NCBI GenBank assembly: GCA_964475655.1
Contig: CAYYXE010000001.1
Location: forward strand, 5,435 to 69,434
Length of the DNA stretch: 64,000 nucleotides
Reading direction: 5' to 3'
DNA from: an uncultured Candidatus Saccharibacteria bacterium
GTDB taxonomy: Bacteria > Patescibacteriota > Minisyncoccia > Phycocordibacterales > UBA9973
Shown here piece after piece: positions 1-8,734 of this stretch. Positions within the stretch are counted from its first letter, which is position 1, and every line of letters starts with the position of its first letter. The position numbers were made by a program, and so were the translations under genes. The notes beneath the pieces are model-generated. The model had not been told where the DNA came from. It did no database searches and worked only from the letters and a program-made list of their open reading frames with translations.

Positions 1-66
1 CACTATGGTATGGGGAGAGATGCGATCATCGCAGCGGTGATGAAAGTGATTGAGCGGAAGGGTTAG
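1..66 (+). CDS. 3' end of an unidentified CDS (partial, runs off window start); ends ...AIIAAVMKVIERKG*
   Basis: In-frame translation from base 1 ends at TAG 64-66; no start in window. Confidence 0.3.
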   Translation, partial: HYGMGRDAIIAAVMKVIERKG

Positions 67-503
67 TTGAGTCTCTTGTGAGAAGATGGTTTGTCGACTT
101 GGGCACTTTCTACGCCTATAATTTGTTCGGTTTTGTCGACGAGAATTTGGAGTTTCTTTTCTATTTCATCTATATCGGCTTGAATCAATATTTCATTTTG
201 CACTTTCAGGTCATGAATTTTATTTTCAAGTTTAGTAATCTCTTGATGCTTTTGTGCGATTTCTCGAGAAACGTCTCGTTTGTTTTGTTCACGGATCAAA
301 GAATCAATTTCATTATCTAGTCTATGTAATTTTTCTTTTGCTGCTAGAAAATTACTAATGTCGTCAATTTCTTTGGTGTACACCTCTTCTTTTTTGTAGA
401 GGAAATTTTTCATGGTGGTTGATGCATCTTCGGCTACTCTATTCTGACTATTTACCGCTTCTTTGAACTCTTTGCTGTTGAAATTAAATTTTTCGGATGA
501 CAT
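63..503 (-). CDS. hypothetical coiled-coil protein (146 aa)
   Basis: ORF with heptad-rich K/E/L composition; no recognisable catalytic motif. Confidence 0.5.
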   Translation of the reverse strand: MSSEKFNFNSKEFKEAVNSQNRVAEDASTTMKNFLYKKEEVYTKEIDDISNFLAAKEKLHRLDNEIDSLIREQNKRDVSREIAQKHQEITKLENKIHDLKVQNEILIQADIDEIEKKLQILVDKTEQIIGVESAQVDKPSSHKRLN

Positions 504-522
504 ACAGTATAGAAATTATCTA

Positions 523-1515
523 TTAAAACAACGGCTGTGGAGCATAGCTCGCAGGGGCCTTACTGATATATTCTTCAATTTTTTCTGGGTGAAGCAAGCC
601 TTCTTGTGCGCCCACATACTGCACGACTGACATAGAGTTTACGGGGCCCCACATGAGGGCTTCGGGGATCGACTTGCCCATGAGGAGTGCTGCAGAGACG
701 GTAGAGGCAAACGCATCGCCGGCACCGGTGCGTTCAAACGGATCGTGTGGATAGACTGGCATAAACCACGCTTGTACACCATCGGATGCATATGCGCCAT
801 TGATGCCGTCAGTGATAAAGACGAGCTTTGGGCCGAGCTTGTGAAGCGCCTTGATGAGCATGGGAAGCTCCTTTTCTTCAGTATTGAGGATCTTCTTTGC
901 TTCCTCCAGATTACAGAAAAACGCATATGTGTTGGCATAGAGGTCTTTGAGTACTTCAATTCCGAGTTTGATTTGAAACGTGCCAGGCTGAAAGACCAGC
1001 TTCATATCAAGATGTGCCTTTACATACTCAGCGATTTCTTGGTGGTACTTCTCGGTGTGGTCGCCAAGCGAGGAGAGGTAGAGCATCTTGGGAGCAACAG
1101 GGATGCTCGGCATCATGACGGGGTATGACTGATGCTTGACGAGGATGGTGCGCTCGACCCCGTACCAGAGCACGTAGTGGTAGTTGGTCGGGATGTTTTC
1201 GTGAGAGTAGACGTAGTGTGTATCAACGCCATTCTTTTTGAGCTCTTCGATCGCCTCCGTACCATGGAGGTCCTTGCCGACATGGGCAAGCAGCGATGAC
1301 TTTAGCCCGAGGCGTGCTGCGGCTACTGCTGCATTTGCACTGTTTCCCACAGCCCGGATTTCTTGGACTGATTCGTAGGGTACTTTGTCGCCAAAGCGAA
1401 CACAGAGCTTGCAGTTGGTCTGATCGAGATCGCAGTGCGCTTCGGCATCTTTGAGCTTGATAAATGCGTCAGTCACAATGTCCCCGATGGCGAGGAAGTC
1501 AATTTGGTTTTCCAT
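523..1515 (-). CDS. PfkB-family carbohydrate/ribokinase-like sugar kinase
   Basis: 330 aa; C-terminal anion-hole motif TGAGDAF typical of ribokinase/PfkB superfamily. Confidence 0.8.
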   Translation of the reverse strand: MENQIDFLAIGDIVTDAFIKLKDAEAHCDLDQTNCKLCVRFGDKVPYESVQEIRAVGNSANAAVAAARLGLKSSLLAHVGKDLHGTEAIEELKKNGVDTHYVYSHENIPTNYHYVLWYGVERTILVKHQSYPVMMPSIPVAPKMLYLSSLGDHTEKYHQEIAEYVKAHLDMKLVFQPGTFQIKLGIEVLKDLYANTYAFFCNLEEAKKILNTEEKELPMLIKALHKLGPKLVFITDGINGAYASDGVQAWFMPVYPHDPFERTGAGDAFASTVSAALLMGKSIPEALMWGPVNSMSVVQYVGAQEGLLHPEKIEEYISKAPASYAPQPLF

Positions 1516-1550
1516 GAAAGAAGTATATAAAATAAGCCTCTAAATATACA

Positions 1551-1579
1551 TTGACATTTAATATAATGTATGCTATTAT
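1551..1579 (+). promoter_or_regulatory. sigma70-like promoter (TTGACA-17nt-TATTAT) for lipoprotein gene 1620..1988
   Basis: -35 TTGACA 1551-1556, -10 TATTAT 1574-1579; region homologous to promoter upstream of 17278 gene. Confidence 0.5.
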
Positions 1580-1619
1580 ATAGATATAAAATTCTTTCCA
1601 AACACTTAAATAAACGATA

Positions 1620-1988
1620 ATGAAAAATGTAGTCTTTATTTTGTTTTTTGCAGTAGCATTTTCTTCTTGCAACACATCTTTTTCTGGCGACACTACTTGT
1701 TTAGTACAAATGTATGACCCATTCCAAATAGCTGGAATAAACAGCGAAGGTAAGGTTGTTCAAAAATTAACGCAGGTAAAAATCAGAAAGGCTGACACAG
1801 AGAAACTTCACGAAGGCCAGGATGTATGGTTGTATCAATATTACAACAGTAATATGGGTGAAGCATCAGAATGGAGGGTGGTAAAATATAACCGATACGG
1901 TATTGACACTACTATCATCGAAGAAGTTATGCCGAACTATGGCGCCAAGACCAGTACCTATAAAAAAGCAAGGTTGGTAAAACTGTAA
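1620..1988 (+). CDS. small putative lipoprotein (signal peptide + SSC lipobox), AT-rich
   Basis: MKNVVFILFFAVAFSSC...; low GC island between normal-GC genes. Confidence 0.55.
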   Translation: MKNVVFILFFAVAFSSCNTSFSGDTTCLVQMYDPFQIAGINSEGKVVQKLTQVKIRKADTEKLHEGQDVWLYQYYNSNMGEASEWRVVKYNRYGIDTTIIEEVMPNYGAKTSTYKKARLVKL

Positions 1989-2053
1989 AAATTACAAAAA
2001 ATCATTCATAAACCGGTTTAAAAGCCGGTTTATTTTTATGCTACACTTCCACT

Positions 2054-2920
2054 ATGAACACCCTTCGGGAGTACATCGCTGATGCGAAGGAAAGGAAGGT
2101 GGCGATCGGCCACTTCAACTTTTCCAACCTCGAAGGTCTTTATGCCATTGCGCGTGCAGCTCGTACGCTCAAGGTGCCAGTGATTGTCGGACTTTCCGAA
2201 GGCGAACAGGAAGCGATTGGTACCAAGCAAGCAGTTGCATTGGTGCATACTATTCGTGAAGCATGGGGCATCCCCATATTTCTCAATGCCGACCATCATT
2301 ATAGTTTTGCAACTGTCAAAGATGCGATCGATGCAGGATTTGATGCGGTGATCTACGATGGCGCGGCGCATCCATTTCAAGAAAATGTCGAAGCAGCAAA
2401 GCAGTGTGTCGACTATGCACGGCAAGTCACACGCGATACTGGACGAGATGTCATGGTCGAAGTTGAGCTCGGCTATATCGGAGAAGGGTCCAAACTTCGC
2501 GATGAGATCCCTGAAGGGCTTGCGGTGATTACCAAAGCATCTGATGCACAGGATTTTATCACTGCTACTGGGGCAGACATGCTCGCACCTGCAGTTGGCA
2601 ACTTTCATGGCATGCTCAAATCCGGTCCCAAGCCTCGACTCAATATCGACTGCATCCGAGAGATTGCATCTACGCTCGATGTGCCTCTGGTGCTCCATGG
2701 CGGAAGCGGAGAAGACGTCGACTTTGTCGCAGCTATAGATGCGGGGATTGCAATCATTCACGTGAACACCGAGCTACGTCGTGCATATACAAGTGCACTC
2801 AAGAATTATTTGCAAAACAATCCCGATGAGATTACACCGTACAAATACGGCACCAATGCTTCTCTTGCGATGGAGGCAGTGGTAACTGAGAAGCTCAAAA
2901 TTTTTAATAAGATTCCTTAG
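2054..2920 (+). CDS. fba: class II fructose/tagatose-bisphosphate aldolase
   Basis: HFNFSNLEG, LNADHH, LHGGSG, INVNTEL motifs matching FbaA/KbaY family. Confidence 0.85.
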   Translation: MNTLREYIADAKERKVAIGHFNFSNLEGLYAIARAARTLKVPVIVGLSEGEQEAIGTKQAVALVHTIREAWGIPIFLNADHHYSFATVKDAIDAGFDAVIYDGAAHPFQENVEAAKQCVDYARQVTRDTGRDVMVEVELGYIGEGSKLRDEIPEGLAVITKASDAQDFITATGADMLAPAVGNFHGMLKSGPKPRLNIDCIREIASTLDVPLVLHGGSGEDVDFVAAIDAGIAIIHVNTELRRAYTSALKNYLQNNPDEITPYKYGTNASLAMEAVVTEKLKIFNKIP

Positions 2921-4594
2921 ATGTATACCGAAGAATTACAAAAAATAATAAAAGGAGACATTGCGACCGATACTGCAACGCTCGACAAAGCATCGCGCGA
3001 CGCATCACTCTTTGAGATGCGGCCACAAATGGTCGTGTACCCCAAGGATAGCGCCGACGTGCAAGCACTGGTGAAATGGGTTGCCGAAAAAAAGAAAGAA
3101 GATCCAACGCTCTCTATCACTGCACGCGCAGCAGGCACTTGTATGTCTGGCGGATCGATCAATGAGTCGATCATTATGGATACGACGCGCTACATGATGG
3201 GCGTGCTTGAAGTGAATAAGGAAGAAAAGTGGGCACGGGTGCTCCCGGGGACGTACTATCGAGACTTTGATGTCGAGACCAAGAAGTCCGGCCTCATCAT
3301 GCCTGCATATACTGCATCGCGCGATCTGTGTGCAGTGGGTGGCATGGTCGGCAACAACGCCGGTGGCGAGAAATCCATTCACTATGGCAAGACCGAAAAC
3401 TATATACGCGAACTCAAGGTAGTATTTCGCGATGGATACGAGTACGTCGTGAAGCCCATGACGCGCAAGGAGCTTATGCAAAAGATCGGCACGGTAGGCT
3501 TTGAAGCGGAAATGTACAAAGAGCTCTACAAGCTCATCACTGACAACTGGAAGACTATCAGCAGTGCCAAGCCCAACGTTAGCAAAAACAGCGCCGGATA
3601 CTACCTCTGGAATGTATGGAATCCGGACACCGAAGTCTTTGATCTCTGCAGACTTATCGTGGGAAGTCAAGGGACGCTCGGCATTGTGACAGAAATTACA
3701 TTCAACCTCGTACCCGTGAAGCTATACTCCACGCTCTGCGTCGTCTTTCTCAAAGATCTCAAAGACATCGGTCGTATCGTCAACGTCGCGCTTGCACGAA
3801 GCCCCGAAAGCATCGAAAGCTATGACGACAACACACTCAAGGTCGCGGTGAAGTTTTTTGGAGATTTTCTCCGCAAAAAGAAATTGTGGGGCATGATCAA
3901 GTTTATGTTCTCATTTATTCCAGAATTCTTGCTCACGCTTCGTGGAGGCATCCCCAAGATGATACTCCTTATAGAATTTGCAGGAGATGATCGCGCTATC
4001 ATTCAGCAGGATGCAACGGCACTCGCCCAAGCCCTCAAAGATCAGTTCAACGTCCTCACGCATGTGACCCATAGCGAGGCCGAAGAAGGGAAGTACTGGG
4101 ACGTCCGCCATGAATCATTCAATCTGCTTCGCAAGCATGTGAAGGGCAAGCACACTGCGCCATTTATCGATGACTTTGTCGTACGCCCCGAATACTTGCC
4201 CGAGTTTATGCCCAAGCTCGAAAAGATTTTGGAAAAATATAATCTTACCTACACGATCGCAGGCCACCCCGGCGACGGCAACTTCCATATCATTCCGCTC
4301 ATGAATCTCAAAGATCTCAAGACGCGTGAAGTGATCCTGTCTCTCTCCGAAGAAGTGTATGATCTCGTGCTCGAGTTCAAAGGCTCCATCACTGCCGAGC
4401 ACAACGATGGCATCATCCGCTCTCCATATCTCGAGAAGCAGTACGGCTCCATCATCACCGGACTCTTTGAGGCAACCAAAAACATCTTTGATCCAATGGT
4501 TATCTTCAATCCGCACAAAAAGGTGGGCGTGACCAAAGACGATATTGCGAAGTATCTCTCAAAAGGAGATTACGGAGAAGCTACCAAGAAATAA
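2921..4594 (+). CDS. FAD-binding (PCMH-type) oxidase, GlcD/D-lactate dehydrogenase-like
   Basis: 557 aa; AAGTCMSGG / GGMVGNNAGGE FAD-binding signatures; start abuts aldolase stop (TAGATG). Confidence 0.75.
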   Translation: MYTEELQKIIKGDIATDTATLDKASRDASLFEMRPQMVVYPKDSADVQALVKWVAEKKKEDPTLSITARAAGTCMSGGSINESIIMDTTRYMMGVLEVNKEEKWARVLPGTYYRDFDVETKKSGLIMPAYTASRDLCAVGGMVGNNAGGEKSIHYGKTENYIRELKVVFRDGYEYVVKPMTRKELMQKIGTVGFEAEMYKELYKLITDNWKTISSAKPNVSKNSAGYYLWNVWNPDTEVFDLCRLIVGSQGTLGIVTEITFNLVPVKLYSTLCVVFLKDLKDIGRIVNVALARSPESIESYDDNTLKVAVKFFGDFLRKKKLWGMIKFMFSFIPEFLLTLRGGIPKMILLIEFAGDDRAIIQQDATALAQALKDQFNVLTHVTHSEAEEGKYWDVRHESFNLLRKHVKGKHTAPFIDDFVVRPEYLPEFMPKLEKILEKYNLTYTIAGHPGDGNFHIIPLMNLKDLKTREVILSLSEEVYDLVLEFKGSITAEHNDGIIRSPYLEKQYGSIITGLFEATKNIFDPMVIFNPHKKVGVTKDDIAKYLSKGDYGEATKK

Positions 4595-4607
4595 AGACCA
4601 GGACTTT

Positions 4608-4889
4608 TTAATGAGTACTGGTCTTGCTGCGTTTCTTTTTTACTCTTTCATATTGATAATCTACAAGACTTCTGAAAAAATCGTTCAATAAATCAAAAAT
4701 AATCCAAAATATTGATCCAACCAAAACAGAAGAAGAGATGAATACCCCTAAGGTATTTGCGTGTGTGCTTTTATCAGAAAAATAGTTTAGACAAACTAAT
4801 GAGCAAAATATGATGCCAATGCTAAATACTAATTTAAGGCTTGTAAAAAACAATCTACTACCAAGAGTAAATGAAGGATCTTGTTTCAT
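4608..4889 (-). CDS. hypothetical small membrane protein (AT-rich)
   Basis: 93 aa, two hydrophobic segments, AT-rich codon usage. Confidence 0.4.
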   Translation of the reverse strand: MKQDPSFTLGSRLFFTSLKLVFSIGIIFCSLVCLNYFSDKSTHANTLGVFISSSVLVGSIFWIIFDLLNDFFRSLVDYQYERVKKKRSKTSTH

Positions 4890-4943
4890 AATTTTTTCTT
4901 TACTATAAAATAATAAACCAATTAAGTCAATCCTATTGTCGAT

Positions 4944-4972
4944 TTTACAAACCTATCATTTTTGTGTATAGT
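4944..4972 (+). promoter_or_regulatory. promoter TTTACA-17-TATAGT upstream of rplY
   Basis: -35 4944-4949, -10 4967-4972. Confidence 0.45.
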
Positions 4973-4980
4973 AGTGCCCT

Positions 4981-5619
4981 ATGATTACATTAGCTGCTAC
5001 CAAGAGAACGAATGAAAGTCCGGCTGCACTCCGGGCAGAGGACAAGATCCCTGCGGTCTTTTATGGCAACAAGAAGGAAACGACTTCTATTGCGATCAGT
5101 GCGCGCGAATTTGCCAAAGTATGGAAGGAGGCAGGTGAGACTACGACCGTGACGCTCGATGTAGGAGGGGAGAAGGTAACGACGCTTATCCACGATATGC
5201 AGCTCGACCCGATCATGAATGTCCCTACTCACGTAGACTTCCTCGTCATCGACATGAAGAAGGAAATCGAAGTGGCAGTGCCAATCGAATTTGTCGGTCT
5301 TGCAGAAGCCGAAAAGGGCGGACTTGGTACGCTCGTGAAAGTACTTCACGAAGTGCAAGTACGCGCGCTTCCAAATGACTTACCACACGGCTTTGAGGTG
5401 GATGTGACGCCGCTTGCAAGTCTCGACATGCAGATCCACGTCAAGGATATCGCTCTTCCAAAGGGTGTGACCATGGTGACTGATGGCGAAGAAGTCGTAG
5501 CACTTGTCGCTGCATACAAAGAAGAAAAAGAAGAAGCGCCTGCTGCGATCGACTTTGATGCGATCCAGGTAGAAGAAAAGGGTAAGAAGGAAGAAGAAGG
5601 CGAAGCTGCTGCAGAATAA
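4981..5619 (+). CDS. rplY: 50S ribosomal protein L25 / general stress protein Ctc
   Basis: N-terminal IPAVFYG...TVTLDV...VDFL motif typical of L25; acidic C-tail. Confidence 0.85.
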   Translation: MITLAATKRTNESPAALRAEDKIPAVFYGNKKETTSIAISAREFAKVWKEAGETTTVTLDVGGEKVTTLIHDMQLDPIMNVPTHVDFLVIDMKKEIEVAVPIEFVGLAEAEKGGLGTLVKVLHEVQVRALPNDLPHGFEVDVTPLASLDMQIHVKDIALPKGVTMVTDGEEVVALVAAYKEEKEEAPAAIDFDAIQVEEKGKKEEEGEAAAE

Positions 5620-5691
5620 ACAACATTTTTCCACACAGCACAATAGAAAACGATGTAAGACTCTTGGTATACTGAGAGTCTTATTTCATAT

Positions 5692-7062
5692 ATGCTCAAA
5701 ACGTTTGGTATCGCAGCGATCATCGTACTTGGTATAGGGGTGTCGGCACACTTCTGGTACGCAGAGGCTGCAGATACACAGCCGGCAGTGTGCGTAAACC
5801 CAACCTCAGACGACATCGCACAGGCATGTAAAGACTATGCGGTAGAAACGGCCCGTCTCAAAGAGCTTCAAAATCAACTGAGTCAACAAAAGGCAAAGAG
5901 TGGGACACTGCAGTCTACGGTCAATGGCATTATCTCTCAGATCAACTCCACCCAGACCAAGATCCGCGACAAGATCAACACGATCGGCACACTCTCCAAG
6001 CAAATCGGTGAGAAGTCAAAGGCGATCAACGACCTTTCGGCTGAGCTTGATCGTGAACACGACTCGATGGCACAGCTCGTCAAGCGCACCAACGAGCTCG
6101 ATCAAAAGGGTGCTGCATATGTACTTCTTTCTACAGATTCTGTTACTGATTTTTATCAGGATCTCGACGACTTCATGTCGATCAAGCAGTCGCTCTATGC
6201 ATCGCTCGACAAGATCAAGCAGATCAAATCATTGACTGAGGACCAAAAGGAAGACCTCCAAAACAAGCAGGCCCAGACCCTCGATGCCAAGAACGCACTT
6301 GAGAGTGAAAAGAAGAAATTGAGCGTGTCTCAGGCTGAGGCAAAGAAGCTTCTCGATACCTCCAAGACCGAAGAGCAGCGCGTCGCCTCGACAGTGGCTG
6401 AGCAGCAAAAGAAAGTCTCAGCGATCGAAAGCAAGCTCTTTAGCTTTGCGGGAGGTGCGACCAAGGCGATCCCGTTTAAGGATGCATATGCCTATGCACA
6501 GGAAGCCTCAGGTGCCACCGGTGTGCGCCCTGCATTGATACTTGCGATTCTCACCCAGGAGTCAAACCTCGGATCAAACGTCGGTACGTGCAACCGCGCC
6601 GGCGACCCACCCTCCAAGAGCTACACCGCCGTGATGCATCCGACGCGCGACATCCCCGTCTTTTTGCGCATTACCAAGGCACTCGGACTCAATCCCGATA
6701 CGACTCCCGTATCGTGTCGTGTAGGCAATGTCGGCTACGGAGGCGCGATGGGACCTGCGCAGTTTATCCCGTCGACCTGGGTCATGTATGAAGGAAAGGT
6801 CGCCGCAGCGCTCGGCAAAAGCACTGCCAACCCTTGGGTAGCGCGTGATGCGATCATGGCCTCTGCAATGCTCATGAAGGCAAATGGTGCAACAGGGAGC
6901 GAAGCTGCAGAGCGCAACGCTGCCTGCCGCTACTACTCAGGACGTTCTTGCGATGGCAAAAAGCCTGCCAACAGCTTCTACGGCAACTCGGTGATGGCTC
7001 TTGCCCGCACCATCCAAGCCGATATCGACTATCTCGTGCAGTACGGGGTGTCGAGACGATAG
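5692..7062 (+). CDS. membrane-anchored coiled-coil protein with C-terminal lytic transglycosylase (MltB/SLT-like) domain
   Basis: N-terminal TM, ~200 aa coiled coil, C-terminal TQESNLG and GAMGPAQFIPSTW motifs. Confidence 0.7.
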   Translation: MLKTFGIAAIIVLGIGVSAHFWYAEAADTQPAVCVNPTSDDIAQACKDYAVETARLKELQNQLSQQKAKSGTLQSTVNGIISQINSTQTKIRDKINTIGTLSKQIGEKSKAINDLSAELDREHDSMAQLVKRTNELDQKGAAYVLLSTDSVTDFYQDLDDFMSIKQSLYASLDKIKQIKSLTEDQKEDLQNKQAQTLDAKNALESEKKKLSVSQAEAKKLLDTSKTEEQRVASTVAEQQKKVSAIESKLFSFAGGATKAIPFKDAYAYAQEASGATGVRPALILAILTQESNLGSNVGTCNRAGDPPSKSYTAVMHPTRDIPVFLRITKALGLNPDTTPVSCRVGNVGYGGAMGPAQFIPSTWVMYEGKVAAALGKSTANPWVARDAIMASAMLMKANGATGSEAAERNAACRYYSGRSCDGKKPANSFYGNSVMALARTIQADIDYLVQYGVSRR

Positions 7063-7084
7063 AAGCATCTGTCGCCTCGAGCCG

Positions 7085-7151
7085 CAATGATTTTTTTGGT
7101 CCTCGGGTCGGCCCGGCAGGGGACCCTCAACCAGACGCAAAAAAATCATTG
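7085..7151. other. nested inverted-repeat element (14-bp outer stem CAATGATTTTTTTG/CAAAAAAATCATTG enclosing GC-rich hairpin)
   Basis: Direct reading of perfect complementarity; no flanking U-tract. Confidence 0.5.
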
Positions 7152-7197
7152 TGGCTCTCAGCTCCAGCTTTGCAAGTATGAGGCGAGGTATGAGCCC

Positions 7198-7226
7198 TTG
7201 AATGAATTGAAGCTCTATGCTATAGT
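7198..7226 (+). promoter_or_regulatory. promoter TTGAAT-17-TATAGT for rpmE
   Basis: -35 7198-7203, -10 7221-7226. Confidence 0.5.
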
Positions 7227-7234
7227 AGCCTCCT

Positions 7235-7486
7235 ATGAAAAAGGACATCCATCCCACCAACTTCCGCCCCGTTATCTTTGTGGACAACTCTTCTGACACG
7301 CAGTTTTTGATCGGCTCAACCGTCAAGACCTCAGAAAAGGGCAAATACAATGGCCAAGAATACGATCTCTACCGAGTAGAAATCTCAAGTGCGTCGCACC
7401 CGTTTTACACTGGTACCGAAAAGGTGATCGACACTGCAGGACGCGTCGACCGCTTCAAAAAGCGCGCAGCAGCTGCAAAGAAATAA
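7235..7486 (+). CDS. rpmE: 50S ribosomal protein L31
   Basis: MKKDIHP start and HPFYTG motif. Confidence 0.85.
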   Translation: MKKDIHPTNFRPVIFVDNSSDTQFLIGSTVKTSEKGKYNGQEYDLYRVEISSASHPFYTGTEKVIDTAGRVDRFKKRAAAAKK

Positions 7487-7504
7487 CTACGTCAAACGCC
7501 GCTC

Positions 7505-8485
7505 TTGGAGTACACTGAGAGCGGCTTTTGCAGTACCATGGACCTCGACTCACTCAAACAAAATCACAAGACCCACTACCTCGCCACCGAATACGAGCGG
7601 CTCTTGAAACAAGAAGAAGAAGTGCACGCACTCATTGCAAGCGATGAGTCTATGAAGGACATCGCCGCTGACGAGCTTGCATCGCTCCAGGTCCAAAAGT
7701 CTGCCATAGAAGACCAGATCAAGGCTATCGAAGCTGCCGAAAAGGAGGAAGAAGAATTTCCCAACGAAATCATCCTCGAAGCGCGCTCGGGTGCAGGAGG
7801 AGATGAAGCAGCGCTCTTTGCGACCGAGCTTGTGGCCATGTATGAAAAGTTTGCTGATATGCGCGGGTGGAAGACCAAGCATATCGACGACTACACGCTT
7901 GAGATCCATGGCAAGGACGTGTACAAGCTCTTGCGCTACGAGACTGGCGTACACCGCGTCCAGCGAGTGCCGGTGACCGAAAAGATGGGTCGCATTCATA
8001 CGTCGACTGCATCGATCGCCATACTCCCGATCCGCAAAAAGACGAAGTTTGTGATCAATCCTGCAGATCTCGATATGGAGTACTCGCGCTCAGGAGGTGC
8101 GGGCGGCCAAAACGTCAACAAAGTCGAGACAGCGGTGCGTCTGATCCACAAGCCCACTGGTATTGATGTGCGCTCGACGAGTGAACGCAGCCAGCTTGCA
8201 AACAGAGAGAAGGCGCTCATGATCCTCACCGCCAAGCTCCAACAGCTCAAAGAAGAAGAAGAGGCGCAAAAGTACTCCGGCGACCGCAAAAATCAAATCG
8301 GCACTGCAGATCGCTCCGAAAAGATCCGCACCTACAACTTCCCCCAAGACCGCGTCACCGACCACCGCATCCGCCAAAACTTCTCCAATATCGAAGGCAT
8401 CATGCTCGGCAAAATAGACAAGATCATCGATGCCATGCAGGCCGGAGAGGTGGGTGAGGCGAGTGGTGACGACTCGGACGAATAG
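7505..8485 (+). CDS. prfA: peptide chain release factor 1
   Basis: GGQ motif ([11 protein letters not shown]) and RF1-type PVT tripeptide (RVPVTEK). Confidence 0.9.
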   Translation: MEYTESGFCSTMDLDSLKQNHKTHYLATEYERLLKQEEEVHALIASDESMKDIAADELASLQVQKSAIEDQIKAIEAAEKEEEEFPNEIILEARSGAGGDEAALFATELVAMYEKFADMRGWKTKHIDDYTLEIHGKDVYKLLRYETGVHRVQRVPVTEKMGRIHTSTASIAILPIRKKTKFVINPADLDMEYSRSGGAGGQNVNKVETAVRLIHKPTGIDVRSTSERSQLANREKALMILTAKLQQLKEEEEAQKYSGDRKNQIGTADRSEKIRTYNFPQDRVTDHRIRQNFSNIEGIMLGKIDKIIDAMQAGEVGEASGDDSDE

Positions 8486-8593
8486 CATTTTTGGCGCCGA
8501 GCGACTTCTTCCTGCGGAAGTCGCTCTTGTCCTCAGAAAATCATTTTGCTTCACAAAAACCAAGCTGATTTTCTTGCGGCCGCGCCAAAAATG
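8486..8593. other. structured intergenic element: long-range inverted repeat (CATTTTTGGCGCC / GGCGCGCCAAAAATG) enclosing 10-bp hairpin GAGCGACTTC/GAAGTCGCTC
   Basis: Direct complementarity; lies between prfA stop and tRNA promoter. Confidence 0.45.
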
Positions 8594-8619
8594 CTATTCG
8601 TCCTTTGTTTGACTATGAC

Positions 8620-8647
8620 TTGAAAATCTGCCTGAAATAAGTATAAT
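8620..8647 (+). promoter_or_regulatory. promoter TTGAAA-16-TATAAT for tRNA-Ile/rsmI
   Basis: -35 8620-8625, -10 8642-8647. Confidence 0.5.
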
Positions 8648-8658
8648 GATCCCACCAC

Positions 8659-8730
8659 GCGTGTATAGTTCAGTGGTAGAACGCTGTCCTGATAAGACAG
8701 AGGTCCATGGTTCGATTCCATGTACACGCA
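8659..8730 (+). tRNA. tRNA-Ile (anticodon GAT), CCA not encoded
   Basis: Cloverleaf readable: acceptor GCGTGTA/TACACGC, anticodon loop CTGATAA, T-arm CATGGTTCGATTCCATG. Confidence 0.85.
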
Positions 8731-8734
8731 CAAC

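Noticed and set aside
78-320. 80-aa plus-strand ORF opposite the coiled-coil gene
   Set aside because: It lies antisense to a better-supported ORF and has Phe/Leu/Ile junk composition typical of the AT-rich reverse frame.
8720-8734. ATG at 8720 giving a 236-aa RsmI (ORF-track start)
   Set aside because: These codons lie inside the tRNA-Ile T-arm/acceptor stem. The RsmI-family N-terminus begins at MQLSIVATPIGN (8735).
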